This document shows, piece by piece, positions 19,868 through 30,707 of a stretch of 64,000 bases of DNA. Source of the DNA: a bacterium (lineage in GTDB: Bacteria; SAR324; NAC60-12). The stretch is taken from positions 96,001 through 160,000 of the forward strand of contig OZ242383.1 in assembly GCA_965209155.1 (NCBI GenBank), in the 5' to 3' direction. The notes beneath the pieces are model-generated. The model was not told where the DNA came from. It saw only the letters and a list, made by a program, of their open reading frames with translations, and searched no databases. The position numbers were made by a program, and so were the translations under genes. Every line of letters begins with the position of its first letter. Position 1 is the stretch's first letter.

Positions 19868-20653
19868 TCAACGCTTTCCCTGGTAATGCCGGTACATCTT
19901 TCGTATGACTGCAAGGATTTCCGGAGCGTTGACAAGGTAGCGTTTTTTTGTTTGTTCTTCGATTTCTCGAGGAATCCCATGGAGCGCCTCGGCAATCGGA
20001 CCCGCAATGGCGGCGAGGGTGTCGGCATCGCCCCCGAGGGAGACCGCATTGCGCACCGCATCTTCAAAACTATCCGATTCCAGCGCGCAGGTGATCGCCT
20101 CCGGCACGGTGCGCTGGCAAGTCTCGTTAAAACAGTAACCAGGCCGAATTTGGTCTACAGTCCGGGTCAGGTCATAGCCGTATTCGGTGGTGATGACTTC
20201 CCGGATGGACATTGCGTTCTTGGCTTGAAAGGCGAGCCAGATGGCGTGCGTAGTCGCTCGCGCGCCTTTGATGCCTTCGGGGTGATCGTGGGTGATGGCG
20301 GTTACTTTGTCGGAAGCGACGAGTGCCGCATCCAAGTCGTCCCGGTTGAAGAATGCTGCGGGTGAAACGCGCATCGCGGCTCCATTCCCGTAACTACAGT
20401 AAGGTTTTGGTTGATCGCAATCAATCCAGTCACTGAAGTAACCGCCGTAGCCGCGCCCCGGAAAACGGCGGCACCACTCTTGCAGCGTTTCCGCCGGCGG
20501 GACTTCGCGCATCAGAATGTCCGCCACCGCCGCGGTGCAAACCGAATCGTCCGTAAAATCACAGTCATCCCCGAAAAAAGCGAATTCCTTTGTTTTGATT
20601 CGGTGCCACTCATAGATGGAACCGACAATGTCTCCGATAATGGCGCCCAGCAT
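19868..20653 (-). CDS. ADP-ribosylglycohydrolase family protein
   Basis: GAIIGD, FTDD, SYGNGAAMR, GGDADT. Confidence 0.9.
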   Translation of the reverse strand: MLGAIIGDIVGSIYEWHRIKTKEFAFFGDDCDFTDDSVCTAAVADILMREVPPAETLQEWCRRFPGRGYGGYFSDWIDCDQPKPYCSYGNGAAMRVSPAAFFNRDDLDAALVASDKVTAITHDHPEGIKGARATTHAIWLAFQAKNAMSIREVITTEYGYDLTRTVDQIRPGYCFNETCQRTVPEAITCALESDSFEDAVRNAVSLGGDADTLAAIAGPIAEALHGIPREIEEQTKKRYLVNAPEILAVIRKMYRHYQGKR

Positions 20654-20803
20654 TTTCTCTCCAATTTGCGAATCGACTTTCAGAACTTCAGGGTATTGTA
20701 CCCAACCCTGGATCGCGGATCAAGTACAGGATGACACATCATTTTTTAAATAACGGGGTTACAGCAGGTCGTTTTACCCGTATTGTACGTTTACCTGCCC
20801 GAT

Positions 20804-22567
20804 TTACTGGTCGTGCCGCGGGGTTTCCACGCGGATGGTGACGATATCCGTGCCATGGTATTGCTGGTGGCTCACCGAGGAGGCGAGATGCCGCAAAAGC
20901 CGAAGTGAAATTTCCCGTTCATCCGGTACTTCGACTTCCGCGGATCGCGATTCGAGCAGCGTGATCCGATCCTGGAGGTTTTCCTGGTCGGAGGAGGAAA
21001 TGAATTCGAGGATCGCCCCGCCATCTTCCTTATGGGCGGTGAGGAGCAATCGACGCCGTTCTTGTTTTTCACCGGCTTGGTCCGGTTCGACCAGCGTCAA
21101 CAGCGTCTCTTCACAGGCCGCATCGAGACGCTGCGCCATCATGGCGTCCCAACCGTTCCGGGATACGAATTTGCCGAGAAATTCCCGGATCTCCGGCAGG
21201 ACCGAAGGATCGCATTCGACCTCGACCCGGCTGCGGCGGGGTGAGGTCCACTCCACAAAGAGGGACATGAGAATCGCCACCAGACCCCCGGCTGTCATTC
21301 CATTCTGCAAGAGCCCGCCGGCAAATTCGGAAAAATAGACGGGGAAAATCACGCCGCTCTGGAATCCGACCCCGGCCCAGAACGCGACCCCGGCAATGAG
21401 GCCCTTGCGATAATCAAGCCCGTCCTGGACGACCATCTTCATGCCCGTGACGAAAAGCATGGCCAGCAGCACCATGACATAGGCCGCGACCACCGGCCCC
21501 GGGATCGCCAGGATCACTGCGAGCACCTTGGGCAAGAAGGCCACGGTGATGAAGATCAACCCGATGGCAACCCCGACGCTACGCGCGCCGACTCCGGTGA
21601 GTTCAGTGACCGCAATGCTGGTCGAGTAGGTCGTGTTGGGTACCGTCCCGGCGAGTCCGGAGAGCAGGTTCCCGGTTCCGTCCGCAGCCACGGCGCCTTG
21701 CACCGCGCGGAAATCCACCGCCCGGGGTCGACGCCAGGATACGTGTTGGATGGCGATGGCGTCCCCAATGGTTTCGATGGCCCCCACCAGCGTCACGAAT
21801 ACGAATGCCGGAAGGAGCGACCAGAAAACAGGTCCGAACTCGAGGTCGAAGCCCGGCCATCCCCCTTGCGGAATCCCGATCCATTCTGCTTTGAGCACGA
21901 TTCCCACATCGTAGATTCCGAAATATCCAGCGACCAAGGAACCCGCGATGACCCCGATGACGGGTGCCCAGAGTCGTAACGGTCCGGTGGCTTTCAGGGC
22001 GAGAGCGGCGATGACGAGTAGGGTGACCAGGGCGCTCACCGGGGCGGCCAAGGCGGGGGAAGCGTCCGGCACCTGTTCCAACATATCGAAAATGATGGGC
22101 ATCACCGTGACCGATATGAGCATGATCACCGTTCCCGATACGGTCGGGGTGAGCACCCGCCTCAGCCAGGAGAGCCTTGAAGCGAAGGTGAACTGGAAAA
22201 ACGACGAAATGACCACCAGGGTGGCGAGCATCGCCGGGCCCCCTTTGGCGAGCGCCGTGACGCAGACGGCGATGAAAGCTCCCGAAGTCCCCATCAGGAG
22301 AACATAGCCGGCACCAATGCGTCCCACCCGGATCGCCTGCATCAACGTGGTGATACCGCAAATCGCCACGGCTGAAAAAACGGCCCAGGAGAGGTAGGTT
22401 TCGTCGGTACTTCCGGCGGCTCGTATGATGATTGTCGGGGTCAAGACGATGCCTGCGATACAGAGAATGGCAAGCTGCAAACCGAGACCGAAGGCGAGTG
22501 GTTTCGGCGGCTTTTCATCGGGTTGGTAACGGATGCTCGAGCGATGGTCAGGGGTGTCGGTCTGCAT
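20804..22567 (-). CDS. NCS2 (xanthine/uracil) permease with C-terminal soluble domain
   Basis: YQPDEKPP..LAFGLGLQ, ETIGD, PNTTYS NAT-like motif; about 140-aa hydrophilic tail. Confidence 0.85.
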   Translation of the reverse strand: MQTDTPDHRSSIRYQPDEKPPKPLAFGLGLQLAILCIAGIVLTPTIIIRAAGSTDETYLSWAVFSAVAICGITTLMQAIRVGRIGAGYVLLMGTSGAFIAVCVTALAKGGPAMLATLVVISSFFQFTFASRLSWLRRVLTPTVSGTVIMLISVTVMPIIFDMLEQVPDASPALAAPVSALVTLLVIAALALKATGPLRLWAPVIGVIAGSLVAGYFGIYDVGIVLKAEWIGIPQGGWPGFDLEFGPVFWSLLPAFVFVTLVGAIETIGDAIAIQHVSWRRPRAVDFRAVQGAVAADGTGNLLSGLAGTVPNTTYSTSIAVTELTGVGARSVGVAIGLIFITVAFLPKVLAVILAIPGPVVAAYVMVLLAMLFVTGMKMVVQDGLDYRKGLIAGVAFWAGVGFQSGVIFPVYFSEFAGGLLQNGMTAGGLVAILMSLFVEWTSPRRSRVEVECDPSVLPEIREFLGKFVSRNGWDAMMAQRLDAACEETLLTLVEPDQAGEKQERRRLLLTAHKEDGGAILEFISSSDQENLQDRITLLESRSAEVEVPDEREISLRLLRHLASSVSHQQYHGTDIVTIRVETPRHDQ

Positions 22568-22748
22568 AGGGTCCTTTGGGGTCTTTCCCGGAAGTGGGTG
22601 AATCAAAATAATCGTTGGCATTCAGCGGCCGGAGATCCGGCAGCGTGAAGTGGCGACTCGTTTCGATGGTGCAAAAAATGATCCGCATGGAAAATCAAAC
22701 AGGGTATCCCGTCACCGGGAAGGCCCCGGCTCCTTGAATGAATGGATG

Positions 22749-23021
22749 CTACTCGATCAGTCCATCGAGTGGAATGGCTTCTTCGATGAGCATGATTGGA
22801 ATATTGTCCCGGATTGGATAAAGAAATTTTTGATCCTGACGGATCAAGCCGCCGTCTATGGTTTCAGTGACCCTTTGCTTTCCGCGGTTGAGAAGTTTGT
22901 TTTCATTGATTTGTTCGTTGATTTTTTCGATCAACGCACCACTTCCCAGCGAAACGGGTTCTTTGGTTTCAGGACATACCAATATTTCGAGCAATTCCGG
23001 ATCAATCATGTTCCCTTTCAT
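22749..23021 (-). CDS. Trm112 family protein
   Basis: LLEILVCP...YPIRDNIPIML. Confidence 0.85.
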   Translation of the reverse strand: MKGNMIDPELLEILVCPETKEPVSLGSGALIEKINEQINENKLLNRGKQRVTETIDGGLIRQDQKFLYPIRDNIPIMLIEEAIPLDGLIE

Positions 23022-24535
23022 TCAATTCTTTTCGTAATTTGTCTGGCGTAGAGTTCCGCTCCGGCAGGAGTGGGATATTGGGTACTGATACAGGCCGTAC
23101 AAAGTTGATTCTGCGGCAGGCCGATGGCCCGGGTGAGTTGCTCGATCGTCAGAAATTTCAAACTGGCGGCTCCGAGTTCCCCCGCCATGGTTTCCAGTAT
23201 TTCACTGGAGAGTTCGAGGGACTGTCCGGGGCGCCAGAAACGGGCAGCGAACAGTTCCTGTACGGTGGGAATGTTGATGCCGTAAAAACAGGGAGCGATG
23301 ATTGCAGGACAAGCGATGCGAACATGCACCTCTGCCGCTTTCCCTCTTTGGTGCAAATCCTCTATGATGTTTTTCAAAGTGGCCGCGCGTACCAGGGAGT
23401 CGTCCACTAAAAAGATCTTCTTGTTTTCCAGGAGTTCACGAAGCGGCGTGAATTTGCGTAAAATAACATCCTGGCGATTTTCGCCTTCGATGAAAGTGCG
23501 TCCCACATAGCGATTTCTGACAATCCCTTCAATCACCGGAATACCGAGTTTGTACCCGAATGCGACTCCTGCCACTTTGGCGGTTTCGGGCACGGGAACC
23601 ACCAGGGCCTGGCGGTGGTCCTCTTCTTCCGTTTCCGCAAGCAAACGCCCCATGTTGCTGCGCGCTTTGAAAATGGAGCGACCATCGAGATTGGAGGCCA
23701 GGTTGGCGAAATAAACCCATTCAAAATGGCAATGCGCCGGTTCCTGTTTTTGCCAGAATCGTTCAATACGAAAATGGCCGTCGAGGGTGGCAATCAAAAG
23801 CGTACCCGGTTCGAGGTTTTGATGGTCCACGATTCCCATGCGGGTCAAAACGACGCTTTCGGAGGCCACCACGAGCAAGTTGTCCTTCACTCCATAACAG
23901 AGGGGTTTGATTCCCAGGGGATCCCGGAGGGCGACCAAATCCCCGCAGGCGTTCAAAAAAACAATGTTGAATGCGCCATCAAAGCATCGGGCGAGGGAGG
24001 AAAAGATTTCCTTGAAGCTGCGCTGGTCTTCTCCCATGAGTTCTTTGTTGAGGTAATGCATCATCACTTCCGTATCGCTGTTGTAAGTGATGTGGTAGCC
24101 TTTCTCGACCAGCTCCGTTTTCAAGTTCTCAAAATTGGCGAGGTTGCCATTGAAGGCCAGAGAGAACCATTTCCATTTGCGTCCGTGTACCCTTTCAAAG
24201 GGTTGGGCAAAATTCCAGTTTTCCTGACCACTGGTCGCATAACGGACATGCCCGATGGCAATGGTGCCGCTGAATTCTTCAAGCAAGGCTCGATATTTCC
24301 CGGGGCTGTACATGCGGAAAACCTGCTCCACCGTACCTATGTCTTTGTGCGTTTGTAAGAGACGGTCGCGACGGGGATTGAAACTGGTCAGTCCGGCGCT
24401 CAATTGACCACGGTTTTGCAGGTCCAGCAAAAAACCGGGAATGTAACGAGTGACGTTGAGCGGCGCTGTTTTGGATTGGTCCAACTGGTAGATGACGGCA
24501 ATCCCGCACTCTTCACGAAGCGTTTCAAAGGACAT
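23018..24535 (-). CDS. purF: Amidophosphoribosyltransferase
   Basis: EECG N-terminal nucleophile, LQNRGQ, GHVRYAT, CHFEWVYF, VDDSLVR, PCFYG. Confidence 0.93.
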   Translation of the reverse strand: MSFETLREECGIAVIYQLDQSKTAPLNVTRYIPGFLLDLQNRGQLSAGLTSFNPRRDRLLQTHKDIGTVEQVFRMYSPGKYRALLEEFSGTIAIGHVRYATSGQENWNFAQPFERVHGRKWKWFSLAFNGNLANFENLKTELVEKGYHITYNSDTEVMMHYLNKELMGEDQRSFKEIFSSLARCFDGAFNIVFLNACGDLVALRDPLGIKPLCYGVKDNLLVVASESVVLTRMGIVDHQNLEPGTLLIATLDGHFRIERFWQKQEPAHCHFEWVYFANLASNLDGRSIFKARSNMGRLLAETEEEDHRQALVVPVPETAKVAGVAFGYKLGIPVIEGIVRNRYVGRTFIEGENRQDVILRKFTPLRELLENKKIFLVDDSLVRAATLKNIIEDLHQRGKAAEVHVRIACPAIIAPCFYGINIPTVQELFAARFWRPGQSLELSSEILETMAGELGAASLKFLTIEQLTRAIGLPQNQLCTACISTQYPTPAGAELYARQITKRIE

Positions 24536-24641
24536 GGCTTACTTTCCGGCAGACGGTGCGAACATTGTTCAAACCGAAATGGTTCAGCATAGCAGAATTC
24601 TTAACATTTAACACCCGCGGCGGTGCGCCTCATGAAAACTT

Positions 24642-26780
24642 TCATCTCCGAATCGCTTCCAGAACTTGTAGCGCTGCACGAGGAATGGGGGTGCCGGGGC
24701 CAAAGATACAAGAGACTCCGAGTTGTTGCAGGTAATTGTAATCTTTGGGAGGAATGACCCCCCCGACCACAACGGCAATCTCTTGACCGGCTTTCTCCGC
24801 TTTGAGGGCATGGATCAATTGGGAAATCAAAGTCTGGTGCCCCCCTGCCTGGGTCGAAATTCCCACCACGTGCACATCATTTTCAAGGGCCTGTCGCGCC
24901 ACTTCCTCCGGGGTTTGAAACAAGGGGCCGACTTCCACCTCGAAACCAAAATCGGAAAGTGCGGAGGCAATCACTTTGGCTCCGCGATCATGCCCGTCCT
25001 GTCCGACTTTCGCAACCAGGATGCGAGGTTGCCGTCCTGCGTTTTCAGCAAATGCTTCAACCCGGGCCCGGACAACCGTCAATTCCTCCTTCCGGTACGA
25101 ATTGCCGTAAACTCCCGAAATGGTATGAGCCGGGGCCTTGTAACGTCCGAATTGTTTCTCCAGGGCGTCCGAAATCTCACCCACCGTGGCGCGAGATCGG
25201 ACCGCTTCGATGGCCAAGGCGAGCAAGTTGCCTTCGCCAGATCCGGCTGCATCGGTCAAAGCGTTGAGAGAGGCCGCAACCCGGGTTGAATCCCGTCTTG
25301 CTTTGATTTTTATTAAGCGGGAGACCTGGGATTCCCGGACAGCGGTATTGTCGATTTCCAGGGTGTCTATGGGAGCTTGTTCTGGCAACTGGTATTTATT
25401 GACGGCAACGATAGTTTCGTAACCCTGGTCTATCAATGCTTGTCGTTTGGCTGCCGATTCTTCAATGCGTGATTTGGGCAAACCCGCTTCGATAGCGCGG
25501 GTCATGCCCCCCAGGTGCTCAATTTCCGCCATCAGCTTACTTGTGGCTTCGATGAGAGAATGGGTGAGTGATTCGATAAAATAGGAGCCTCCCAAGGGGT
25601 CGATCACCCGTGGAATTCCTGCTTCCTCTTGAAGGATCAACTGCGTATTCCTGGCAATGCGGGCTGATGTTTCGGAAGGAAGCGCCAAGGCCTCGTCAAA
25701 AGCATTGGTATGCAGGGATTGAGTGCCTCCCAGGGTCGCCGCCATGGCTTCAATCGTGGTACGGACAATATTGTTGAAAGGATCGTGTTCCGTCAGACTC
25801 CACCCGGAAGTTTGACAATGCGTGCGCAATTTCATCGATTTCGGATCTTTCGGATGGAAAGCCTGAATTTGTCGGGCCCATAGAAAACGAGCCGCTCTCA
25901 ATTTGGCGATTTCCATGAAGAAATTCATGCCAATTCCGAAAAAAAAGGAAAGTCGCGAAGCGAATTGATCAATGGCCATTCCCTGCGCAAGGGCCAGTCG
26001 CACGTATTCGAGTCCGTCCGCTAAAGTGAACGCGAGTTCCTGTACCGCATTCCCTCCCGCTTCCTGGATATGGTAGCCGCTGATACTGATGGAGTTGTAC
26101 TTGGGCATGCATTCACTGGCGTATGCGATAATATCCGCGATGATCCTCATGGAAGGCTGCGGGGGATAGATGTAGGTGTTGCGCACCATGAATTCTTTCA
26201 ATATGTCATTTTGGATGGTACCGGTCAGTTGTTCCCGGGAAACCCCTTGTTCCTCGGCAACGACGATATAACATGCCAATACAGGAAGGACCGCGCCATT
26301 CATGGTCATGGAAACGGACATTTGATCCAGGGGAATGCGGTCAAAGAGAATTTTCATATCTTCCACGGTGTCGATGGCGACTCCGGCTTTGCCCACGTCT
26401 CCGCGAACCCTGGGGTGATCCGAATCGTAGCCCCGGTGAGTTTTCAAATCAAAAGCGACGCTCAAGCCTTTTTGTCCGGCAGCCAGGCAACGGCGGTAGA
26501 AGGCATTGGATTCTTCCGCGGTGGAAAAACCGGCATATTGTCGAATGGTCCAGGGGCGTCCGGCGTACATGGTGGCTTGGGGGCCTCGAACGAAAGGAAA
26601 GATGCCGGGAAAGGTATTGGTATGTTCCAGCTTTTCCAGATCTTCCGCAGTATACAAGGGCTTGATCTCGAGCCCCTCTGCCGTTTTCCAGTGAATGTCG
26701 CGCAAGGGCCTGTTTTTCAGTTCCGTCGTCGCGAGTTTATTCCACTCGGACAAAGAGGGGTTTCGTTTTTCAGGAGCCAT
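24642..26780 (-). CDS. scpA: Methylmalonyl-CoA mutase (B12-dependent)
   Basis: [30 protein letters not shown] cobalamin motif. Confidence 0.95.
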   Translation of the reverse strand: MAPEKRNPSLSEWNKLATTELKNRPLRDIHWKTAEGLEIKPLYTAEDLEKLEHTNTFPGIFPFVRGPQATMYAGRPWTIRQYAGFSTAEESNAFYRRCLAAGQKGLSVAFDLKTHRGYDSDHPRVRGDVGKAGVAIDTVEDMKILFDRIPLDQMSVSMTMNGAVLPVLACYIVVAEEQGVSREQLTGTIQNDILKEFMVRNTYIYPPQPSMRIIADIIAYASECMPKYNSISISGYHIQEAGGNAVQELAFTLADGLEYVRLALAQGMAIDQFASRLSFFFGIGMNFFMEIAKLRAARFLWARQIQAFHPKDPKSMKLRTHCQTSGWSLTEHDPFNNIVRTTIEAMAATLGGTQSLHTNAFDEALALPSETSARIARNTQLILQEEAGIPRVIDPLGGSYFIESLTHSLIEATSKLMAEIEHLGGMTRAIEAGLPKSRIEESAAKRQALIDQGYETIVAVNKYQLPEQAPIDTLEIDNTAVRESQVSRLIKIKARRDSTRVAASLNALTDAAGSGEGNLLALAIEAVRSRATVGEISDALEKQFGRYKAPAHTISGVYGNSYRKEELTVVRARVEAFAENAGRQPRILVAKVGQDGHDRGAKVIASALSDFGFEVEVGPLFQTPEEVARQALENDVHVVGISTQAGGHQTLISQLIHALKAEKAGQEIAVVVGGVIPPKDYNYLQQLGVSCIFGPGTPIPRAALQVLEAIRR

Positions 26781-26790
26781 GGCTCTTTAT

Positions 26791-29394
26791 TCATACGGTT
26801 TGGTCGGATGCTAGCGGAGCGGGTGGAACGCGGCGTTTTTGTAACAATGCCAGCAAAGCGAGCAACAACAATGCCGGGATGAACATCAATTGCTTGGGCA
26901 GACGGTCGGAGAGCACCTCGACGTTTAAAATTTCCCAGTCGAAATCCAATCCCGCTCTCTGAGCAGCGCTGTCAAAAGCGACGAAGTCCAACAGCACCTT
27001 GTTGTCTTCCATGACAATTTCAAGACCGGCATCCATCAATCTCTCTGACCCGGGACCACTGGCGCCCAAGGGCAATTGAACGGTTTTTTTAACGAGTTTG
27101 CCATCGATGGTTTCTCCTTCCACGACCAAACGCAAGGTGCCATTTTCAGGGACTTGCCCGGCAATCGATTCGATTTGGGAAGCGGCGATGTTCTGGTATT
27201 TCGGAAAGGCCATGTCCCAGAAAAACCCGGGGCGGAAGAGAACGAAGGCAACCAGACACAAGGCGATCGACTCCCAAATCCTGTTTTTTACCAGCCAAAA
27301 TCCTTGCGTGGCCGCAGAAAAGGCCAACATGGCGACTACCGCGCCAAATATTACGGAAAGTAAAGCCCAGACGTTCACGATGTCGATCAGCAGCAACTGC
27401 GTGTTGAAGATAAACATGAAGGGAAGGATGGCAGTTCGGATATCATAGGTAAAACCCTGGATTCCGGTCCGGATGGGATTACTTCGCGCAATGGCGGCGG
27501 CGGCAAATGCCGCCAAACCCACGGGTGGCGTATCATCGGCGAGGATACCAAAATAAAAAACGAACAGGTGCACGGCAATCAAAGGAACAATCAAACCGCT
27601 TTCGGCTCCGAGCGTGACGATAACGGGAGCCATCAAGGTAGAGACAACGATATAATTGGCTGTGGTGGGCAGACCCATTCCCAGGATCAGGCTGATCAAG
27701 GCGGTAAAAATCAACATCAGCAAGACGTTGCCACCCGAGATGAATTCTACGAATTCGGTCATCACCAGACCAATCCCGGTCAACGTGACCGTTCCCACGA
27801 CAATCCCGGCCGTAGCGGTGGCCACTCCAATGCCGATCATGTTCCTGGAACCGGCCACCATCCCTGCCATCAATTCCCGGGCGCTGGCTTTGAATTCGGA
27901 AGCGAGATGGCCCCGTTTCTGAAAACAGGCTTTTAAAGGACGCTGGGTAACGACGATGAAAATCATGAACAACGCGGCCCAAAATGCTGCCAACCCGGGA
28001 GAAAATCGCTCCACTACCAAACACCAGACGAGCACCACGATAGGCAGCAAGAAATGCAAACCCGCTTTGATCGTCGGTCCGGTTTCCGGCAATTCGACCA
28101 CTTCCGAATCGGGAGCGTCCATCTGCAATTCCGGGAACCCGGTCCCATACCAGATCAACAAGACGTAAACCAGGAGAGTGAGGATGGAGACAATCGGGAA
28201 GGCGGCACTTCCGAAAAGGTCTTTCATCCAACCAATCCCGTAATAAACGATACCACTGAGAATGATCAATCCGAGGATGGTGCCGACAAAGGAGAGAAGG
28301 CTTTGCGCCAGCGTCGGTTTATGACGCCGGGGCAGTCCCTGCATATTGGCCTTACACGCTTCCAGGTGGACGATATAAACCAGGGCGATGTAGGAAATGA
28401 GCGCGGGTAAAATAGCATGGGTGATCACTTCGATGTAGGAGACGCCGACATACTCCACCATCAAGAAAGCGGCTGCCCCCATTATGGGAGGGGTCAATTG
28501 ACCGTTTGTAGACGCGGCTACTTCCACTGCGCCTGCTTTGTAATCGGGAAATCCCACGCGTTTCATCAAAGGAATCGTGAAAGTCCCGGTCGTCACCACG
28601 TTGGCAATCGAAGAACCGGAAACCAATCCACTCAATCCCGATGAAACGACGGCGGCTTTGGCAGGACCGCCACGATAATGTCCAAGGAGGGAAAACGCCA
28701 CTTTGATGAAGTAATTTCCCGCCCCCGCCTTGTCCAGTAAGGCGCCGAACAAAACAAAGAGAAAAACGAAGCTGGTGGAAACCCCCAAGGCCACACCGAA
28801 TACGCCTTCGGTCCCCAACCATTGATGGGACATGGTCTTGTTGAAACTGGCGCCCTTGTGAGCAATGACATCCGGCATATAAGGGCCAAAAAAGGTGTAA
28901 CAGAGAAAAACAAGAGCGACAACCATCAATGGCGGACCGAGCGCCCGCCGGGTGGCTTCCAGCAGCAAGACCATGCCCACTCCGGCAATCACGAGATCCA
29001 TCGTGATGGGAGCCCCCGAGCGATCCGAAAGCTGGGTATAGAATAAATAAATATATGCCGCGCAAAATGCCCCAACCAGCGCCATGACCCAATCATGGAG
29101 CGGGATGACGTTCCTGGCGGATTTTTTAAATGCAGGGAATGCCGTAAAGGTCAGAAAAATGGCAAAGGCGAGATGAATGGAACGGGCTTCCGTGTCGTTG
29201 AACACGCCTATTCGAAATATGAATGGCAAGGGAGATGCGTACCATAATTGAAACAAGGCCCAGACCAAGGGTACGAAAAACAATACTATTCCAGAAATAC
29301 CGGCAACGGATCGCGCACCGCTATCGGACTCCGCAACCATTGCCTGGAGTACTTGACGAGAAGCGCTCTCCCCATTTTTTGCATTTTCAGCCAT
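26791..29394 (-). CDS. TRAP transporter fused permease (4TM/12TM)
   Basis: GGPAKAAV, SGSSIANVVTTG, PPIMGAAAF, GMGLPTTANY, DDTPPV. Confidence 0.93.
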   Translation of the reverse strand: MAENAKNGESASRQVLQAMVAESDSGARSVAGISGIVLFFVPLVWALFQLWYASPLPFIFRIGVFNDTEARSIHLAFAIFLTFTAFPAFKKSARNVIPLHDWVMALVGAFCAAYIYLFYTQLSDRSGAPITMDLVIAGVGMVLLLEATRRALGPPLMVVALVFLCYTFFGPYMPDVIAHKGASFNKTMSHQWLGTEGVFGVALGVSTSFVFLFVLFGALLDKAGAGNYFIKVAFSLLGHYRGGPAKAAVVSSGLSGLVSGSSIANVVTTGTFTIPLMKRVGFPDYKAGAVEVAASTNGQLTPPIMGAAAFLMVEYVGVSYIEVITHAILPALISYIALVYIVHLEACKANMQGLPRRHKPTLAQSLLSFVGTILGLIILSGIVYYGIGWMKDLFGSAAFPIVSILTLLVYVLLIWYGTGFPELQMDAPDSEVVELPETGPTIKAGLHFLLPIVVLVWCLVVERFSPGLAAFWAALFMIFIVVTQRPLKACFQKRGHLASEFKASARELMAGMVAGSRNMIGIGVATATAGIVVGTVTLTGIGLVMTEFVEFISGGNVLLMLIFTALISLILGMGLPTTANYIVVSTLMAPVIVTLGAESGLIVPLIAVHLFVFYFGILADDTPPVGLAAFAAAAIARSNPIRTGIQGFTYDIRTAILPFMFIFNTQLLLIDIVNVWALLSVIFGAVVAMLAFSAATQGFWLVKNRIWESIALCLVAFVLFRPGFFWDMAFPKYQNIAASQIESIAGQVPENGTLRLVVEGETIDGKLVKKTVQLPLGASGPGSERLMDAGLEIVMEDNKVLLDFVAFDSAAQRAGLDFDWEILNVEVLSDRLPKQLMFIPALLLLALLALLQKRRVPPAPLASDQTV

Positions 29395-29486
29395 TTTCCT
29401 TTCCTCTTGTCAAGACGCGAACACAGGAAGAAAATATTTCCGGAGAGCCACCATACGCATCTCGACGCCATCGGCAAGGCGGGTGA

Positions 29487-29521
29487 GGGTAAAAAGGAAG
29501 CATGATGCTTCCTTTTTACCC
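29487..29521. terminator. Perfect hairpin between the TAXI and permease genes (terminator or mRNA-stabilising stem)
   Basis: GGGTAAAAAGGAAGCA-TGA-TGCTTCCTTTTTACCC, 8 nt after the TAXI stop. Confidence 0.65.
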
Positions 29522-29529
29522 CATTGGAA

Positions 29530-30510
29530 CTACATCATCAGTCCAGCTTCTTTATAATATTTCAGTGCCCCGTCATGGAGGGGAGCGGACAACCCGTCCT
29601 TGATCATTTCTTCTTTCTTGAGCACACTGAAAGCGGGATGAAGCTTCTTGAAATCTTCAAAATTTTCAAATACCGCCTTGACGACCTGGTAAACCACCTC
29701 GGCCGACGTGTTGGTTGAACTGACGAAAGTTGCCCCGACGCCAAAAGTGACGACGTCATCGGGATTTCCACGGTACATTCCACCCGGGATGGTGGCGGTA
29801 CGATAATAATCATTATCCGCAACCAACTTTTCGATGGCGGCACCGGCGACCGAAACCAGCATGCTGTCACAGGAAGTGGTCGCTTCTTTGATAGAACCCG
29901 AGGGATGGCCCACCGTGAAAACGATGGCGTCGATTTTGTTGTCGCAAAGCGCTTGCGATTGTTCCGCGGATTTCAATTCGGATGCAAGGGCAAAATCGGA
30001 TTTTTCCCAACCAAGCGCAGCCATGACCACTTCCATGGTACCCCGTTGGCCCGATCCGGGATTGCCTATATTGACTCGTTTACCTTTCAAATCATCGAAT
30101 GATTCAATTCCCGAGTCTGCGCGGGCTACCACGGTGAAGGGTTCGGGATGCACTGAAAAGATGGCGCGCAGTTCCATGTTGGCGCCTTGATCTTCGAACC
30201 TGCTGGATCCATGGTATGCGTGGAATTGCCAATCGGATTGCGCCACTCCCATATCCAATTCACCCGCGCGGATCGTGTTCAAATTATAAACCGACCCCCC
30301 GGTGCTTTCCACCGAACAGCGAATGCCGTGTTCCTTGCGTCCTTTGTTGACCAAGCGACAGATTGCCCCTCCCGTGGGATAATACACGCCAGTCACGCCT
30401 CCTGTCCCAATGGTGACAAATTGAGCCGCAGTACCCTGACCTACCAGAACGGAAAGACTGAATGCGATACTCATGAACGTCGCTAAACTCAGAGATAGTA
30501 TTTTTTTCAT
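29530..30510 (-). CDS. TAXI-family TRAP solute-binding protein
   Basis: [30 protein letters not shown]. Confidence 0.93.
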   Translation of the reverse strand: MKKILSLSLATFMSIAFSLSVLVGQGTAAQFVTIGTGGVTGVYYPTGGAICRLVNKGRKEHGIRCSVESTGGSVYNLNTIRAGELDMGVAQSDWQFHAYHGSSRFEDQGANMELRAIFSVHPEPFTVVARADSGIESFDDLKGKRVNIGNPGSGQRGTMEVVMAALGWEKSDFALASELKSAEQSQALCDNKIDAIVFTVGHPSGSIKEATTSCDSMLVSVAGAAIEKLVADNDYYRTATIPGGMYRGNPDDVVTFGVGATFVSSTNTSAEVVYQVVKAVFENFEDFKKLHPAFSVLKKEEMIKDGLSAPLHDGALKYYKEAGLMM

Positions 30511-30707
30511 GATTCCTCCTGAAATTAAAAAAAAATTATATTGACCAATTCAAATTACCAGAGGTACCTTCACCTGCAAGCATAAATTGCTCTGCAACGG
30601 ATTCGAACCCCTGCCGGATATAACCTACAATGCATACTGAGCGCTGTCAAGCAAAATCCGGTTGGATTTCCGCTTGCTCGGGGAAGACGAAGAGGAATGC
30701 GCGTTTT

